From Limisphaerales bacterium (GTDB lineage Bacteria; Verrucomicrobiota; Verrucomicrobiia; Limisphaerales; JBGAJN01), in contig JBGAJN010000001.1 of NCBI GenBank assembly GCA_044224905.1, positions 1,159,027 to 1,223,026 of the forward strand: 64,000 bases of DNA, given 5' to 3'. This document shows, in pieces, positions 29,027 to 38,183 of the stretch (position 1 is its first letter; each line of letters starts with the position of its first letter). Under the pieces are notes generated by a model that did not search any database, had not been told where the DNA came from, and saw only the letters and a list, made by a program, of their open reading frames with translations. The translations under genes were made by a program, and so were the position numbers.

Positions 29027-30457
29027 TTAGTTTGCTGCGGCACGAGCCGTTGCGGAGATTTTGAGCGTGGCCAGGTCGGCCGCGAGTTGGGCTTGTTCCG
29101 AAGGAAGCAGCAGCTGTTTGAGGGCTTCAGCTTTCAGCAAGAATTTCCGTCCGTCGTCGGTTCGTCCCAATTGGGTCGCGATGATCCCGGCGTGGCTAAA
29201 CAGCCGCGCGTCCTGCGTGCCTTCGGCGAGAGACTTTTCGACGTGCGACCACGCGTCATCGGCGCGTCCGGCGGCAAAGAGCGCCCAGGCCACAGCGTCG
29301 TGCGTGAACACGTCGGCGCGTTGCTCCAGTTCGCGTTCAGCCAAACGGACCGCCAGTTCGGGTTGCTCACGGCGCGTGGCGAGAAACAGCGCGAACGTGC
29401 GCGGGTCAGTCGCTTCGCCCGTCCTTTTGATTTCGTTTTCCACTGCGGCCGCTTCCGTCGCACGTCCGGCGGCTTGCAGCGCCTCAGCGAAGGCCCACTG
29501 ATATTCCGGCAACGGAGACTTTTGAGCCGCGATCCGCAGAGGCTCGCAGGCTTTGTCCGCATTTCCGGCAGCGAGGAGCATTCGACCCCGCAACAACAGC
29601 GCGGGGGGAAAATCACTCATCAGTTCCAGCGCGGCGCCGATGGCGTTGCGGGCTTCAGCCGAGCGTCCGGCCTGAAACTGGTAATTCCCCAAACGCGAAC
29701 ACGCCCACGCCGAAGACTCCGCGTCCTGCACGTTGCCCATGCGCGCGGCGCGTAACGCCACGTCCGTCGCTCCCGTGAGATCGCCCCGAAGCCAGCGCAC
29801 GTAGGCCACGCGGCTGTAGGATTGCAGGTCCGGGCGCAGATCCACCATCCGCTGATACGCGGAAATCGCCTCGCGAACCTTGCCTTGATCGATGAGCGCA
29901 TCGCCGAGTAAACCGTGGTCCGCAGCGAACTCGCGCTGGGTGACGAGCTGGCGCGCGAGGGATTCAGCTTCCTTAAACCGATGAAAACTTTGCAAGACGT
30001 GCCCGTGCAACAGTAGTGCTTCGGAACTTTTTGGGTTCGCCAACGTCAACGCGGCGGCGCATTGCTCGGCAAGTTTGTAGAAGCCGGCATCGTGGCTCGT
30101 CCGTGCCTTGGCAACGAACAGCCAGCCGAGCCGTTCGAGCTGCGGCAACGGATCCGCCGCGGTCTGGACGCTGTGTTGAGTCTGCTGAATTTGCCGGTCC
30201 AATTTTTCGTTCCCCACGTGCGGGGCCATCACGATGCGACAAGCCTGTGACTGCATCAACGCGGAGACGCGGTTCGTATTGGACGGGGCGATTGTCGGCG
30301 TCGCCGCCCGGATCGGCACACACCACATCGAGATGATGAACGTGCCAACCGAAACAATCTGCGCGGATCGCAAGGAGCGTTCAGCGGTCGAACTGGCCGC
30401 GGTCGTGTTCGCCACAGGGCCGCAATGCACCTCGATGAGGTTAATTTCGTTTTTCAT
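29027..30457 (-). CDS. Tetratricopeptide-repeat protein, probably membrane-anchored or secreted
   Basis: 476 aa with multiple TPR-like A/L/Y-rich helical repeats and one N-terminal hydrophobic segment. Confidence 0.7.
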   Translation of the reverse strand: MKNEINLIEVHCGPVANTTAASSTAERSLRSAQIVSVGTFIISMWCVPIRAATPTIAPSNTNRVSALMQSQACRIVMAPHVGNEKLDRQIQQTQHSVQTAADPLPQLERLGWLFVAKARTSHDAGFYKLAEQCAAALTLANPKSSEALLLHGHVLQSFHRFKEAESLARQLVTQREFAADHGLLGDALIDQGKVREAISAYQRMVDLRPDLQSYSRVAYVRWLRGDLTGATDVALRAARMGNVQDAESSAWACSRLGNYQFQAGRSAEARNAIGAALELMSDFPPALLLRGRMLLAAGNADKACEPLRIAAQKSPLPEYQWAFAEALQAAGRATEAAAVENEIKRTGEATDPRTFALFLATRREQPELAVRLAERELEQRADVFTHDAVAWALFAAGRADDAWSHVEKSLAEGTQDARLFSHAGIIATQLGRTDDGRKFLLKAEALKQLLLPSEQAQLAADLATLKISATARAAAN

Positions 30458-30495
30458 GACAGTTGTTTGAGCCGAGACTCGCTTCTGTAGGGATC

Positions 30496-30524
30496 TACGA
30501 ACGCCGTCGCAGGTTGGATGCAGG
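30496..30524 (-). promoter_or_regulatory. Candidate ECF-type promoter, CCTGCATCCAA-N13-TCGTA on the minus strand, upstream of the TPR-DUF4331 operon
   Basis: The same motif with identical spacing occurs upstream of the ECF sigma gene at 33431-33459, matching at 22 of 29 positions by hand alignment. The -10-like element ends 38 nt before the ATG at 30457. Confidence 0.55.
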
Positions 30525-30740
30525 AGATTTTTCGGGAGGTGAGTGGTCGAAAGATTGGTTTGAGTTCCGCGCGAGCAAAAGACTCAACTACTCCTCCGCA
30601 AACTGATATGGGGTATTCGCCCTACGAGACCCGAATAGTGAGTTCGAGCCTCCCGTCGCTTGTTGCTTTGACGGCTTGCCAGCCGAGGTCGTTGGTCGGC
30701 AGGCTGGCGCTGGCGCTACTGAAATTGTGGCGCAACCGCC

Positions 30741-32105
30741 ATGAGCAATCCCATCCACCGATCCGACTCCGAGCCTGCCGCGTTGGCGGCTTTTCCTTTG
30801 CTGACTGCGCTGCGTGATCGCCGCTCGCGGCGTTTTGGACGTGGGATGAAAATTCCCGCCGGGCCGCTGGCTTACGAAAGCAAGCACGCGCCCGCGCCGC
30901 TCACGGAAGAGGAAGAGGCCGCAATGGTTTTTGCCGCGTGTGGAATCACCGGCCACGCGCTCGCAGATCTGGCGTTCGCGAAAGGTCAGGGCGGAAATAT
31001 CATGGCCGGCTTGGTCGCCCGCACGATCGCAAGCGGGGATGGTTTGCAGACCGTCAATCTGGCGGTCATCAACGATCGCGCGAGTTATCTGGTCCGCAAG
31101 CCGCGGGAGTTGCCGGCAGGAAGCATCGCGGAATTCATCGAGCTCGGTCGTCGCGGAGAATTCCTGGAGCTGTACCGGCGTTCGCGCGTGTTGCTCAAAG
31201 AAGGCCGTGCCGCGCCGCCGATCGAACCGCTCTTCAACATCAATGCCAACCGCTGGTCCGCGCACGCGCCGGGCACGAGCTACTTTCTACCGATCAACGA
31301 CCTTACGTTCATGTATGTGAACGGCCTTTTGGAAATCCTCAACGAGGACACGGGTGTGTTCATTCTCGATGAACGAAACGGTTTCCGGCCCGCTGGCCTG
31401 GCGAAGTTCGCGCGCAGCAAGGGCGGCCACCTTGACGATGATCCGCAAAAATTCCGCGTCGGCACGGTGCGGCAGATCGAGCAGTTCGTGACGGAGTTCG
31501 TCACGCTCGAGCAAGGCATGATGCACCAGAATCTTGGGCTGATGGCGCAGGCGCTCGGGCTCGGCGGTTTCCCGAATTTTGCCAATCACGAGTTTGGCTG
31601 GTTTCAGGCGCTCGGCTTTCGCATGGGCGAAATGCCCGCGAGCCGCTACCTCGGCGCGGGGCCGGTCGTTTCGTTTGCGATGAATCTGCTCCATCGAAAT
31701 CCGCGCGTGCCCTATCCCATCGGCTTGGAACGCGATGGTGAAGTTGTCCTGAAACCTTTCTGTCCGCCGTATTTCAAATCGATGGCCGAAGCGGTGCGTG
31801 CGGTTGCCGAAATTAAATTCGGCGCTCAGGGAATTTTCCGCGGCGGCTCATCCAACGCGTGGGCGAAGCCCAAAGAAGTACCGAATGGCGTGCCGGCGGT
31901 GAGTGAGGCCGCCATTGCGGCGACGACGGCGTATTGCGAATACCTGTGGAATCGCTACGGCCGGTTCCCGGTTTACATGCCGCCCTATCGCACGGTGCTC
32001 GGCTTCCAAGCCTGTCACCTCGACGCGGAGTTTTACGACAAGTTCTACCGACCGGAAGCCTTGGGAGAGACGCAGCGGGAGGATTCCCAACGCCACGGCG
32101 GTTGA
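30741..32105 (+). CDS. Enlarged nitroreductase-superfamily-like protein of unknown function
   Basis: 454 aa. It has the N-terminal LRDRRSRRF motif and a later QNLGLMAQALGLGGF motif, both hallmarks of the nitroreductase fold. It is about twice the normal size. Confidence 0.5.
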   Translation: MSNPIHRSDSEPAALAAFPLLTALRDRRSRRFGRGMKIPAGPLAYESKHAPAPLTEEEEAAMVFAACGITGHALADLAFAKGQGGNIMAGLVARTIASGDGLQTVNLAVINDRASYLVRKPRELPAGSIAEFIELGRRGEFLELYRRSRVLLKEGRAAPPIEPLFNINANRWSAHAPGTSYFLPINDLTFMYVNGLLEILNEDTGVFILDERNGFRPAGLAKFARSKGGHLDDDPQKFRVGTVRQIEQFVTEFVTLEQGMMHQNLGLMAQALGLGGFPNFANHEFGWFQALGFRMGEMPASRYLGAGPVVSFAMNLLHRNPRVPYPIGLERDGEVVLKPFCPPYFKSMAEAVRAVAEIKFGAQGIFRGGSSNAWAKPKEVPNGVPAVSEAAIAATTAYCEYLWNRYGRFPVYMPPYRTVLGFQACHLDAEFYDKFYRPEALGETQREDSQRHGG

Positions 32106-32114
32106 TTCTGTCGA

Positions 32115-32735
32115 TCACGCCATCGCGTAGGCAACGAGCGGATCGTCTGTGGTCAACACCGCGAGCAACGTGCAGCCTCCGACGGAATAATTTTCCACGT
32201 GTTGCGAGCCGGCATCAGCGTGATGGAAATCGCCGGCGTTCAATCGCGTGTCGCCGATGTGCAGATCGCCGGTGAGAATGTAGAAATCCTCCGGGCCGGC
32301 ATTCACGTGCGCCGGGTAGCGGGCTCCGGCGTCGAGCTTGCCCATCAACACCGCGTAGCCGCGCTCGCGTTCGATCGAGAGTAGCTTGATGTAGGTGCCC
32401 TTGACCGGGAGTTCCTTCCAACCTCTTCCGCCTGCATCGACCATGAATGCCAGGCCGGCGATGGATTCCGGAACGAGGCGCTGTGGCTGATTGGTCGACT
32501 TGGGCGCAGCGGTTAATTCATCAATGCGGCCCATCACTTTGGCCTTCAGCCCAGCCGGAAGCTCCACCGACGGAGAAGCCTGTGCGACCGCGTCGGCGGC
32601 GTTCTGCAGGCCGCGCGTGAATTCGCGCAGGCTGGCGTTCGCACGCAGCGCCGCTTCGAACTCGACGCGCTCCGCTTCAGGGAGCACGCCGAGCGCGTAG
32701 AGGCCCGCTTGGTCCTGTTGTCGTTCCGTGATCAT
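32115..32735 (-). CDS. Soluble anti-sigma factor with a C-terminal ChrR-like cupin domain
   Basis: 206 aa from the ATG at 32735, which overlaps the sigma gene stop (ATGA). The N-terminal YALGVLPEAERVEFEAAL helix is anti-sigma-like. The C-terminal cupin is YPAHVNAGPEDFYILTGD...GDFHH. No TM segment is present. Confidence 0.7.
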   Translation of the reverse strand: MITERQQDQAGLYALGVLPEAERVEFEAALRANASLREFTRGLQNAADAVAQASPSVELPAGLKAKVMGRIDELTAAPKSTNQPQRLVPESIAGLAFMVDAGGRGWKELPVKGTYIKLLSIERERGYAVLMGKLDAGARYPAHVNAGPEDFYILTGDLHIGDTRLNAGDFHHADAGSQHVENYSVGGCTLLAVLTTDDPLVAYAMA

Positions 32736-33304
32736 GCGTAATCCTGCAAAGTGTCCCGCAACTTCAGCATCGCGCGGCGGATTCGCGCCTTGATGGTCCC
32801 GAGCGGCTCGCCCGTGCTTTCGGCAATCTCGGCGTGCGACAATCCGCGAAAGAAGGCCAGTTCCAACATGCGCACCTGGTCCGGCGGAAGTCTCCGCACG
32901 GCCGCGCGAACCGCCGTCAATTCGTCTCCGCTCAATCCCGCGTGGCCGGCCGATTCCTCGCCATTGCCATCGCCCGCCACGGCTTCCTGAAAATCCACCG
33001 CTAGTTCGGTGCGCCGCTGGCGCGAACGCAGCCGGTCGATCGCGCGATTTCGCGTGATCCGCATCGCCCAATGGAAGGGCGTGCCGAGTTCGCCATCGAA
33101 CGTCGGCGCTTTGTTCCAGATCTGCACAAAAACGTCCTGCGTCACTTCTTCGGCTTCGTGGCGATCACCGAGAATCCGGCAGGCGACGGAGAACACTATC
33201 GCCGCCAGTTGATCGTACAGCTCCGCCAAGGCCTGCTTGTCCCGGTCGACAATGCGCCGGAGCAGGATTTTCTGCAGAGATTCTTCTGTCTGATGGTCGA
33301 TCAT
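32732..33304 (-). CDS. ECF-type RNA polymerase sigma-70 factor
   Basis: 190 aa from the ATG at 33304. Region 2 is DRHEAEEVTQDVFVQIW and region 4 is LSHAEIAESTGEPLGTIKARIRRA. Confidence 0.9.
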   Translation of the reverse strand: MIDHQTEESLQKILLRRIVDRDKQALAELYDQLAAIVFSVACRILGDRHEAEEVTQDVFVQIWNKAPTFDGELGTPFHWAMRITRNRAIDRLRSRQRRTELAVDFQEAVAGDGNGEESAGHAGLSGDELTAVRAAVRRLPPDQVRMLELAFFRGLSHAEIAESTGEPLGTIKARIRRAMLKLRDTLQDYA

Positions 33305-33430
33305 TGATCCCGCCGCGCGCGAAAGTTTCTTCGCCACGCAAGTCCGATTTACTTCGATTGCACCGCGTTTCACTTTCTACCGTGTGCTGTAGTCGCCATT
33401 CGGCTCGACCGCTTCGGAACTCACCATACA

Positions 33431-33459
33431 TACGGTCCCCGTGCCGGATTGGATGCAGG
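33431..33459 (-). promoter_or_regulatory. Candidate autoregulated ECF-type promoter, CCTGCATCCAA-N13-CCGTA on the minus strand
   Basis: See 30496-30524. TTGGATGCAGG is identical in both copies, and the distance to the TACG element is 18 nt (start to start) in both. Confidence 0.55.
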
Positions 33460-33545
33460 CAAACTCTGCACGCAAATAAATCTAGCTTGCGGCCGATTCA
33501 TTCCCCAACATGGAGTCATGTTGCCGGGATTATCCCGGATTGTAA

Positions 33546-33791
33546 ATGAAAGCGAAAATCATCATCACTCCGAAGAAAGCCGTGCTCGATCCGCAGGGCA
33601 AAACCGTCCAGAACGCGCTCGATCACATGGGCTACAAAGGCGTTACCGGCGTTCACGTAGGCAAATATGTGGAGATCGACCTCGCGCCCGGCACGGACAA
33701 GGAGACCGCTCGCAAGGCGCTCAACGACGCCGCGCACAAGTTTCTCAGCAACCCGGTAATCGAAGACTACAAACTGGAGATCGTTGATTGA
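33546..33791 (+). CDS. purS: Phosphoribosylformylglycinamidine synthase subunit PurS
   Basis: 81 aa; PKKAVLDPQGKTVQNAL is typical of PurS. Confidence 0.9.
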   Translation: MKAKIIITPKKAVLDPQGKTVQNALDHMGYKGVTGVHVGKYVEIDLAPGTDKETARKALNDAAHKFLSNPVIEDYKLEIVD

Positions 33792-33847
33792 TGAGTGATG
33801 AGTAGGCCGGTATCCGGATTACGCCTCACGTCTTACCTCTTACGCAA

Positions 33848-34558
33848 ATGCACTTCGCCGTCCTCCAATTTCCCGCCTCGAACTGCGATCAGGACTGTGT
33901 TCACGCCGTTCGCGTTCTCGGCCACACCAGCAGCTTCGTCTGGCACAAAGACACGTCCCTCGGCAACGCCGATGCCGTGATCGTGCCCGGCGGATTCAGC
34001 TACGGAGATTATTTGCGCTGCGGCGCCATCGCGCGCTTCAGCCCCGTGATGCAAGCGGTGAAACAGTTCGCCGAAAAAGGCGGCCTCGTGATCGGCATCT
34101 GCAACGGCTTTCAAATTCTCTGTGAAGCGGGGCTGCTTCCGGGTGCGCTCATCCGCAATCGCGACCTGCAATTCCACTGCGAGCAAGTCTTCCTGAAAAC
34201 CGCGAGCTTCGACTCGCCGTTCACCAGTCACATTCCGCGCGACAAATTCCTTCGCATTCCGATCGCCCACGGCGAGGGTTGCTATTTCGCCGACGAAGCC
34301 ACGCTCGCGAAGATCAAGGCGAACAATCAAATCCTCTGGCAGTATTGCGACGCGAAGGGCGCGCTTACCGATTTGGCGAATCCCAACGGCTCCGTGCTCA
34401 ACATCGCCGGCATCTGCAACGAACGCCGCAACGTCGCCGGTCTCATGCCGCATCCGGATCGCGCCAGCGAAGCAATCCTCGGCAGCACCGACGGACGTTT
34501 CATTTTCGAGAGCATGATCCACGCATTGCAGGGCAAGGTTGCTCCCAAGGCGGCTTAA
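33848..34558 (+). CDS. purQ: Phosphoribosylformylglycinamidine synthase I (glutaminase subunit PurQ)
   Basis: 236 aa with [24 protein letters not shown] and HPDR motifs. Confidence 0.92.
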   Translation: MHFAVLQFPASNCDQDCVHAVRVLGHTSSFVWHKDTSLGNADAVIVPGGFSYGDYLRCGAIARFSPVMQAVKQFAEKGGLVIGICNGFQILCEAGLLPGALIRNRDLQFHCEQVFLKTASFDSPFTSHIPRDKFLRIPIAHGEGCYFADEATLAKIKANNQILWQYCDAKGALTDLANPNGSVLNIAGICNERRNVAGLMPHPDRASEAILGSTDGRFIFESMIHALQGKVAPKAA

Positions 34559-34573
34559 GTCGCCGACGCGGAA

Positions 34574-35494
34574 TCAGCGCGCCGCCTCGAGAATCAAACG
34601 CTTCCGCGAGTAGTCGAAGGTGAACTTGAAGTTTTGCAACGCGCCCATGCCAATGTGCCCGACCTGGCCATTGCTCGCCGGCGAACCGCGGAGGAAGCAA
34701 TTGCACGAAGGTTTGTCGACCGTCAGCTTGCCGATTTGAAGTTGATCAAGCTTCGTCTGACGCGTCTCGATCCCGCCTCCAACACCTTGACGCGCGCTCT
34801 TCTTGCCGGCTTCCGCAGATTTCAAAATCGTGTGAGTCGCGACAAAATCCGCGCCGAGGCAAATCGCATCGTCGCAGCCCGTATCGATTTCAAACTTTCC
34901 GCAGACGGCTCCATTTCCATTCGCGCGCACGCAGGCATCGATGATCGGTGTGTCTTCGGCGAACTCGAGCGGGATGATTTCGCCGTGGCCGGTGTAATTA
35001 AACTCAGTCGGTGAATGCAACTTCATCGTGTGCGCCGCCGGATCAACTTCGACAACAAATTTACGAAAGAAGTCCGAGCCCAAAATGCCGGCACGACTCT
35101 CCACGCGCCTGCGGGCATCCGACGGCAACACCGCCACGCGCCGCGGCGAATAAATCATGCTGCCGAAATTGAAAACGGCGCCTGAATAAGTGGCCGCCTG
35201 CTCGTCACCGGCGATGCCGATGATTTTCAATCGTCCTGCGCGTTGAAGTTTCAGCGACTCAACCAGCGACGGATGCAGCGTGTTGATGCCGAATCCGGTA
35301 TCGAGTTTGAAGGTAAGCGGGGCCGAACCATTAACGCGCGAACGGACGAGGAGGTCACCGCGTCGTAATTCAATGGGGACTTGCGTCACTCCCGCCGGGT
35401 GATTGGTCTGAGCGCCCAGCGTCAGGCAACCAAGACAAGCGATTAACGCGGTGGCGAGCACCACGCGAAGACCGCGGTGAATCAAAAGGAGCAC
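34574..35494 (-). CDS. Secreted retropepsin-like (clan AA) aspartic protease with two DTG motifs
   Basis: 306 aa with a signal peptide. The two motifs are FKLDTGFG and FEIDTGCD. Confidence 0.6.
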   Translation of the reverse strand: MLLLIHRGLRVVLATALIACLGCLTLGAQTNHPAGVTQVPIELRRGDLLVRSRVNGSAPLTFKLDTGFGINTLHPSLVESLKLQRAGRLKIIGIAGDEQAATYSGAVFNFGSMIYSPRRVAVLPSDARRRVESRAGILGSDFFRKFVVEVDPAAHTMKLHSPTEFNYTGHGEIIPLEFAEDTPIIDACVRANGNGAVCGKFEIDTGCDDAICLGADFVATHTILKSAEAGKKSARQGVGGGIETRQTKLDQLQIGKLTVDKPSCNCFLRGSPASNGQVGHIGMGALQNFKFTFDYSRKRLILEAAR

Positions 35495-35553
35495 GGCGTA
35501 AGCAGATCAGATGGCAGTAACTTTCACAAGCGGCGCGGTATGGCGCGCAAACT

Positions 35554-36300
35554 TCAACGGCCGACAATTAATCCAAACTGGTTGCGTTCGACCCAGCCGG
35601 CGAGATCATTGCCAGCACGAATGAAAACGTAGTCGCCGCGCTCGCGCTCACGACGCACGATTTCGCCGGCGGGCAGCTGGCTCACGGTTTGCGCGTTGCG
35701 CGTCGGTGTGAGCCGCACGTTGGTTTGCTTGGCAAGTATCACACCGAGCTTTGCCCGCGAGGTCACGCCGACCAATGCCGGCACTGTCAGCAGGAACACG
35801 CCGGCGCATGCGGCCGCAACGCCTTGCTGCCAGTCCGCTTTGCGCCAGCGCAGGACGCCGGGCAATAGCAGCATCGCGGCGCACAGCCAGAAACTCACCA
35901 TCGCGAGCCAGGCCCACGCATCGACCGGCAGCCACGTCGAACATTTCTCGAACCACGTAAGCCGCGGCGCTTCGAGTTGCGCGGTGTTGCGCACGAAGCT
36001 GAGGTTCACCCGCGAGTTGGTGGAAAACGGCGCGAGCCATTGGGCGCGTTCCCACGCGAGGATCGCCGGCCCGGTTCGGCCCGAGTGCCATTCGGCAAGG
36101 CCGAGGTTGTGAAACGCTGCTGCCGACGGGGCGTTGCTGATGGCACCGCGAAACTGATCTGCCGCGACAGCGTAATCACCAGCCACGAAGGCTTTCTTCC
36201 CTTCCGCAAAAGAATCCGTCGCGCGGGCCGTGCCCATCAGCGCGATCGCGGCGGCCAGCGTGGCAATCAAACGGAAAAAGGAAAACGTGCGGCGTTTCAC
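35554..36300 (-). CDS. BatE-like protein (TPR + TM + SH3-like C-terminus)
   Basis: 248 aa. It is the last gene of the Bat-type operon, and its start overlaps the batD stop. Confidence 0.6.
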   Translation of the reverse strand: MKRRTFSFFRLIATLAAAIALMGTARATDSFAEGKKAFVAGDYAVAADQFRGAISNAPSAAAFHNLGLAEWHSGRTGPAILAWERAQWLAPFSTNSRVNLSFVRNTAQLEAPRLTWFEKCSTWLPVDAWAWLAMVSFWLCAAMLLLPGVLRWRKADWQQGVAAACAGVFLLTVPALVGVTSRAKLGVILAKQTNVRLTPTRNAQTVSQLPAGEIVRRERERGDYVFIRAGNDLAGWVERNQFGLIVGR

Positions 36301-38183
36301 AAGCGCTCCTTCAATTTTTCCGCGACGCGTTCGAAGTCCGTCGTCAGTTGCGGAAGAATGGACGCAGTATCCAGCCGTTCCGTGAAATGCAGCGCGTCCG
36401 CTGCGTGGAAAAGTTTACGCACACATTCTTCCTCTGCGTGCTCCGTACCCGAAGGAAGTTCGCGCAACACATCGCGACACACGAGCGCCTCCGGATTCGC
36501 CGCGGAATGCGGCGCGGCCGCGTGACGCAGCGCGCCAACGGCAGCGATGACGAAGGCGGGAGAATCCTGCGCCGCCGCAGCGCGACGTGCCGTGCGAAGC
36601 TGACGTCCGAGTGCGCGGCGGGCGCGGCGTTTCCGCATCACCTCCGGATGGAGCTCGTGAAAACGACGGCGGCGATCCCGCCACCACAATCCGAACAACG
36701 CGCCGGCAGGGAGGATTTGCAGGGCGACAAACGGCGGGCGCGATTGCAACGGTTCGAGCGTCGTCGCACCGGCGCCGGGCGCGTCCATGAGCCCCGTCAT
36801 GATCAAGCGCGGTTCATTGTTTTGCGCATCGTCGGAATCAGTGCTGCCGCTCGATGTGCCGCTGGCGATGGTTCCCACCGGTGACGTCACCTTCACCGGC
36901 AACGCGGGAATGGTCAGATCGACGTATTGCTTTTTCGCGGGATCGTAATAGCTGAACGGGATCGGCGGTGTCGCGGTGACACGCGTCGAAACCGGGATCA
37001 TGGTGTAGGCGAACTGCGCGAAGCCCGGCTGCTGCATTTGCGAACCGGGAGACGAGTCTTTCTCCGGTGAGAATGTCTGCCACGTTCCCGTGTTCGCCAG
37101 CTTGGGCGCGGTGAAGCGTGCGAAATTTCCTTCGCCCTTGATGCCCACGCGCAACGTCACAGGCTCGCCCGCGCGAACCTCGGTGGTGGATAACTGCGGT
37201 GATTCGAGTTCGAACTTCCCGATCGCGCCCGTGTAGCCGGGAAGTTCGCCTTCGCTGGGCACCCGTTTGACATTGAGCGTGACGGGGTCGCTGTCGAAGA
37301 GCGGGAAGTAGCCGGGAAGTTGCGACAGCTGTGTCGTGACCGGACGATTGAGAATCACATACGCTTGGCCGATCACTTGGTGTTTCCCTTCGCGCATCGG
37401 CGTAACGAGCACTTCGCTGACAATGCTCGTGCGCGGTTGACCGTTCACCATCACGGCTTCGCGACGCAGGCGGGCGTAACTCGTGTCGGTCAAAAACGCC
37501 TCGCCGATGACTTGCGCGTGCATCATCGCCTGCGCGCTATTGTCGCCGGGATCGGCGAGCACGACGCGCGCGGGCACCGATTGACCGACATAGATTTCGG
37601 TTTGAGGGACAACGAGCGACAGTTCGACGGGCGTTTCCATCGCGGTGCCGGCGGGGACGACGATCAATTGCGTTGCAGGCACCATGACCTTCTTTCCGGC
37701 AACATTCACCGCGAACGGCGCCATGGAGTAAGTGCCCGGAGCCTTGGCTCTCGCGCGATAGTTGAACGTCGAACGCGCCTGAATTTTCATCCCGAGATTT
37801 TGAAACGACATCGCGCGCCCGCCCGTCTGTAATTCCAATCCCGCCGGGCTGGGAATTTTCTCCGGCATCTCCACCGACTCACTCAAAGTTGTTAGCACGA
37901 TGCGGAGCGTGGCGCGTTGTCCAACCGCGACGCGCGGCGGATCGAACTCCGCCAGCGCCGACACCGGGCTGTCGGTGTCGACCTGCGGCTGGGACATCAT
38001 GAGGTTCACCAGCGGATCGTTGGGCGCGGAGTTGGGAGAAATGCGCATGACGTTGCCGCCTTGCACACTGATTCGGATTTGCCCACGCACGGGGACTGCC
38101 CCGGCAACATTGGTCTGCGCGGAAACGCGAACCAGCGATACGAGCAGGAACAGGATCAGGAAAATGGCGCGCGACGAGATCAT
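36297..38183 (-). CDS. BatD-family protein
   Basis: 628 aa with a signal peptide, a large beta-rich ectodomain, and a C-terminal TM followed by WWRDRRRR. Supported by its position in the operon. Confidence 0.7.
   Translation of the reverse strand: MISSRAIFLILFLLVSLVRVSAQTNVAGAVPVRGQIRISVQGGNVMRISPNSAPNDPLVNLMMSQPQVDTDSPVSALAEFDPPRVAVGQRATLRIVLTTLSESVEMPEKIPSPAGLELQTGGRAMSFQNLGMKIQARSTFNYRARAKAPGTYSMAPFAVNVAGKKVMVPATQLIVVPAGTAMETPVELSLVVPQTEIYVGQSVPARVVLADPGDNSAQAMMHAQVIGEAFLTDTSYARLRREAVMVNGQPRTSIVSEVLVTPMREGKHQVIGQAYVILNRPVTTQLSQLPGYFPLFDSDPVTLNVKRVPSEGELPGYTGAIGKFELESPQLSTTEVRAGEPVTLRVGIKGEGNFARFTAPKLANTGTWQTFSPEKDSSPGSQMQQPGFAQFAYTMIPVSTRVTATPPIPFSYYDPAKKQYVDLTIPALPVKVTSPVGTIASGTSSGSTDSDDAQNNEPRLIMTGLMDAPGAGATTLEPLQSRPPFVALQILPAGALFGLWWRDRRRRFHELHPEVMRKRRARRALGRQLRTARRAAAAQDSPAFVIAAVGALRHAAAPHSAANPEALVCRDVLRELPSGTEHAEEECVRKLFHAADALHFTERLDTASILPQLTTDFERVAEKLKERL

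Noticed and set aside
27335-29755. 806-aa ORF on the plus strand spanning the DUF4331 and TPR genes
   Set aside because: It runs antisense to two ORFs with clear family signatures. Its translation is Arg/Gly/Ala/Val-rich and low in complexity, with no recognisable motif. Long stop-free antisense frames like this are typical of high-GC coding DNA.
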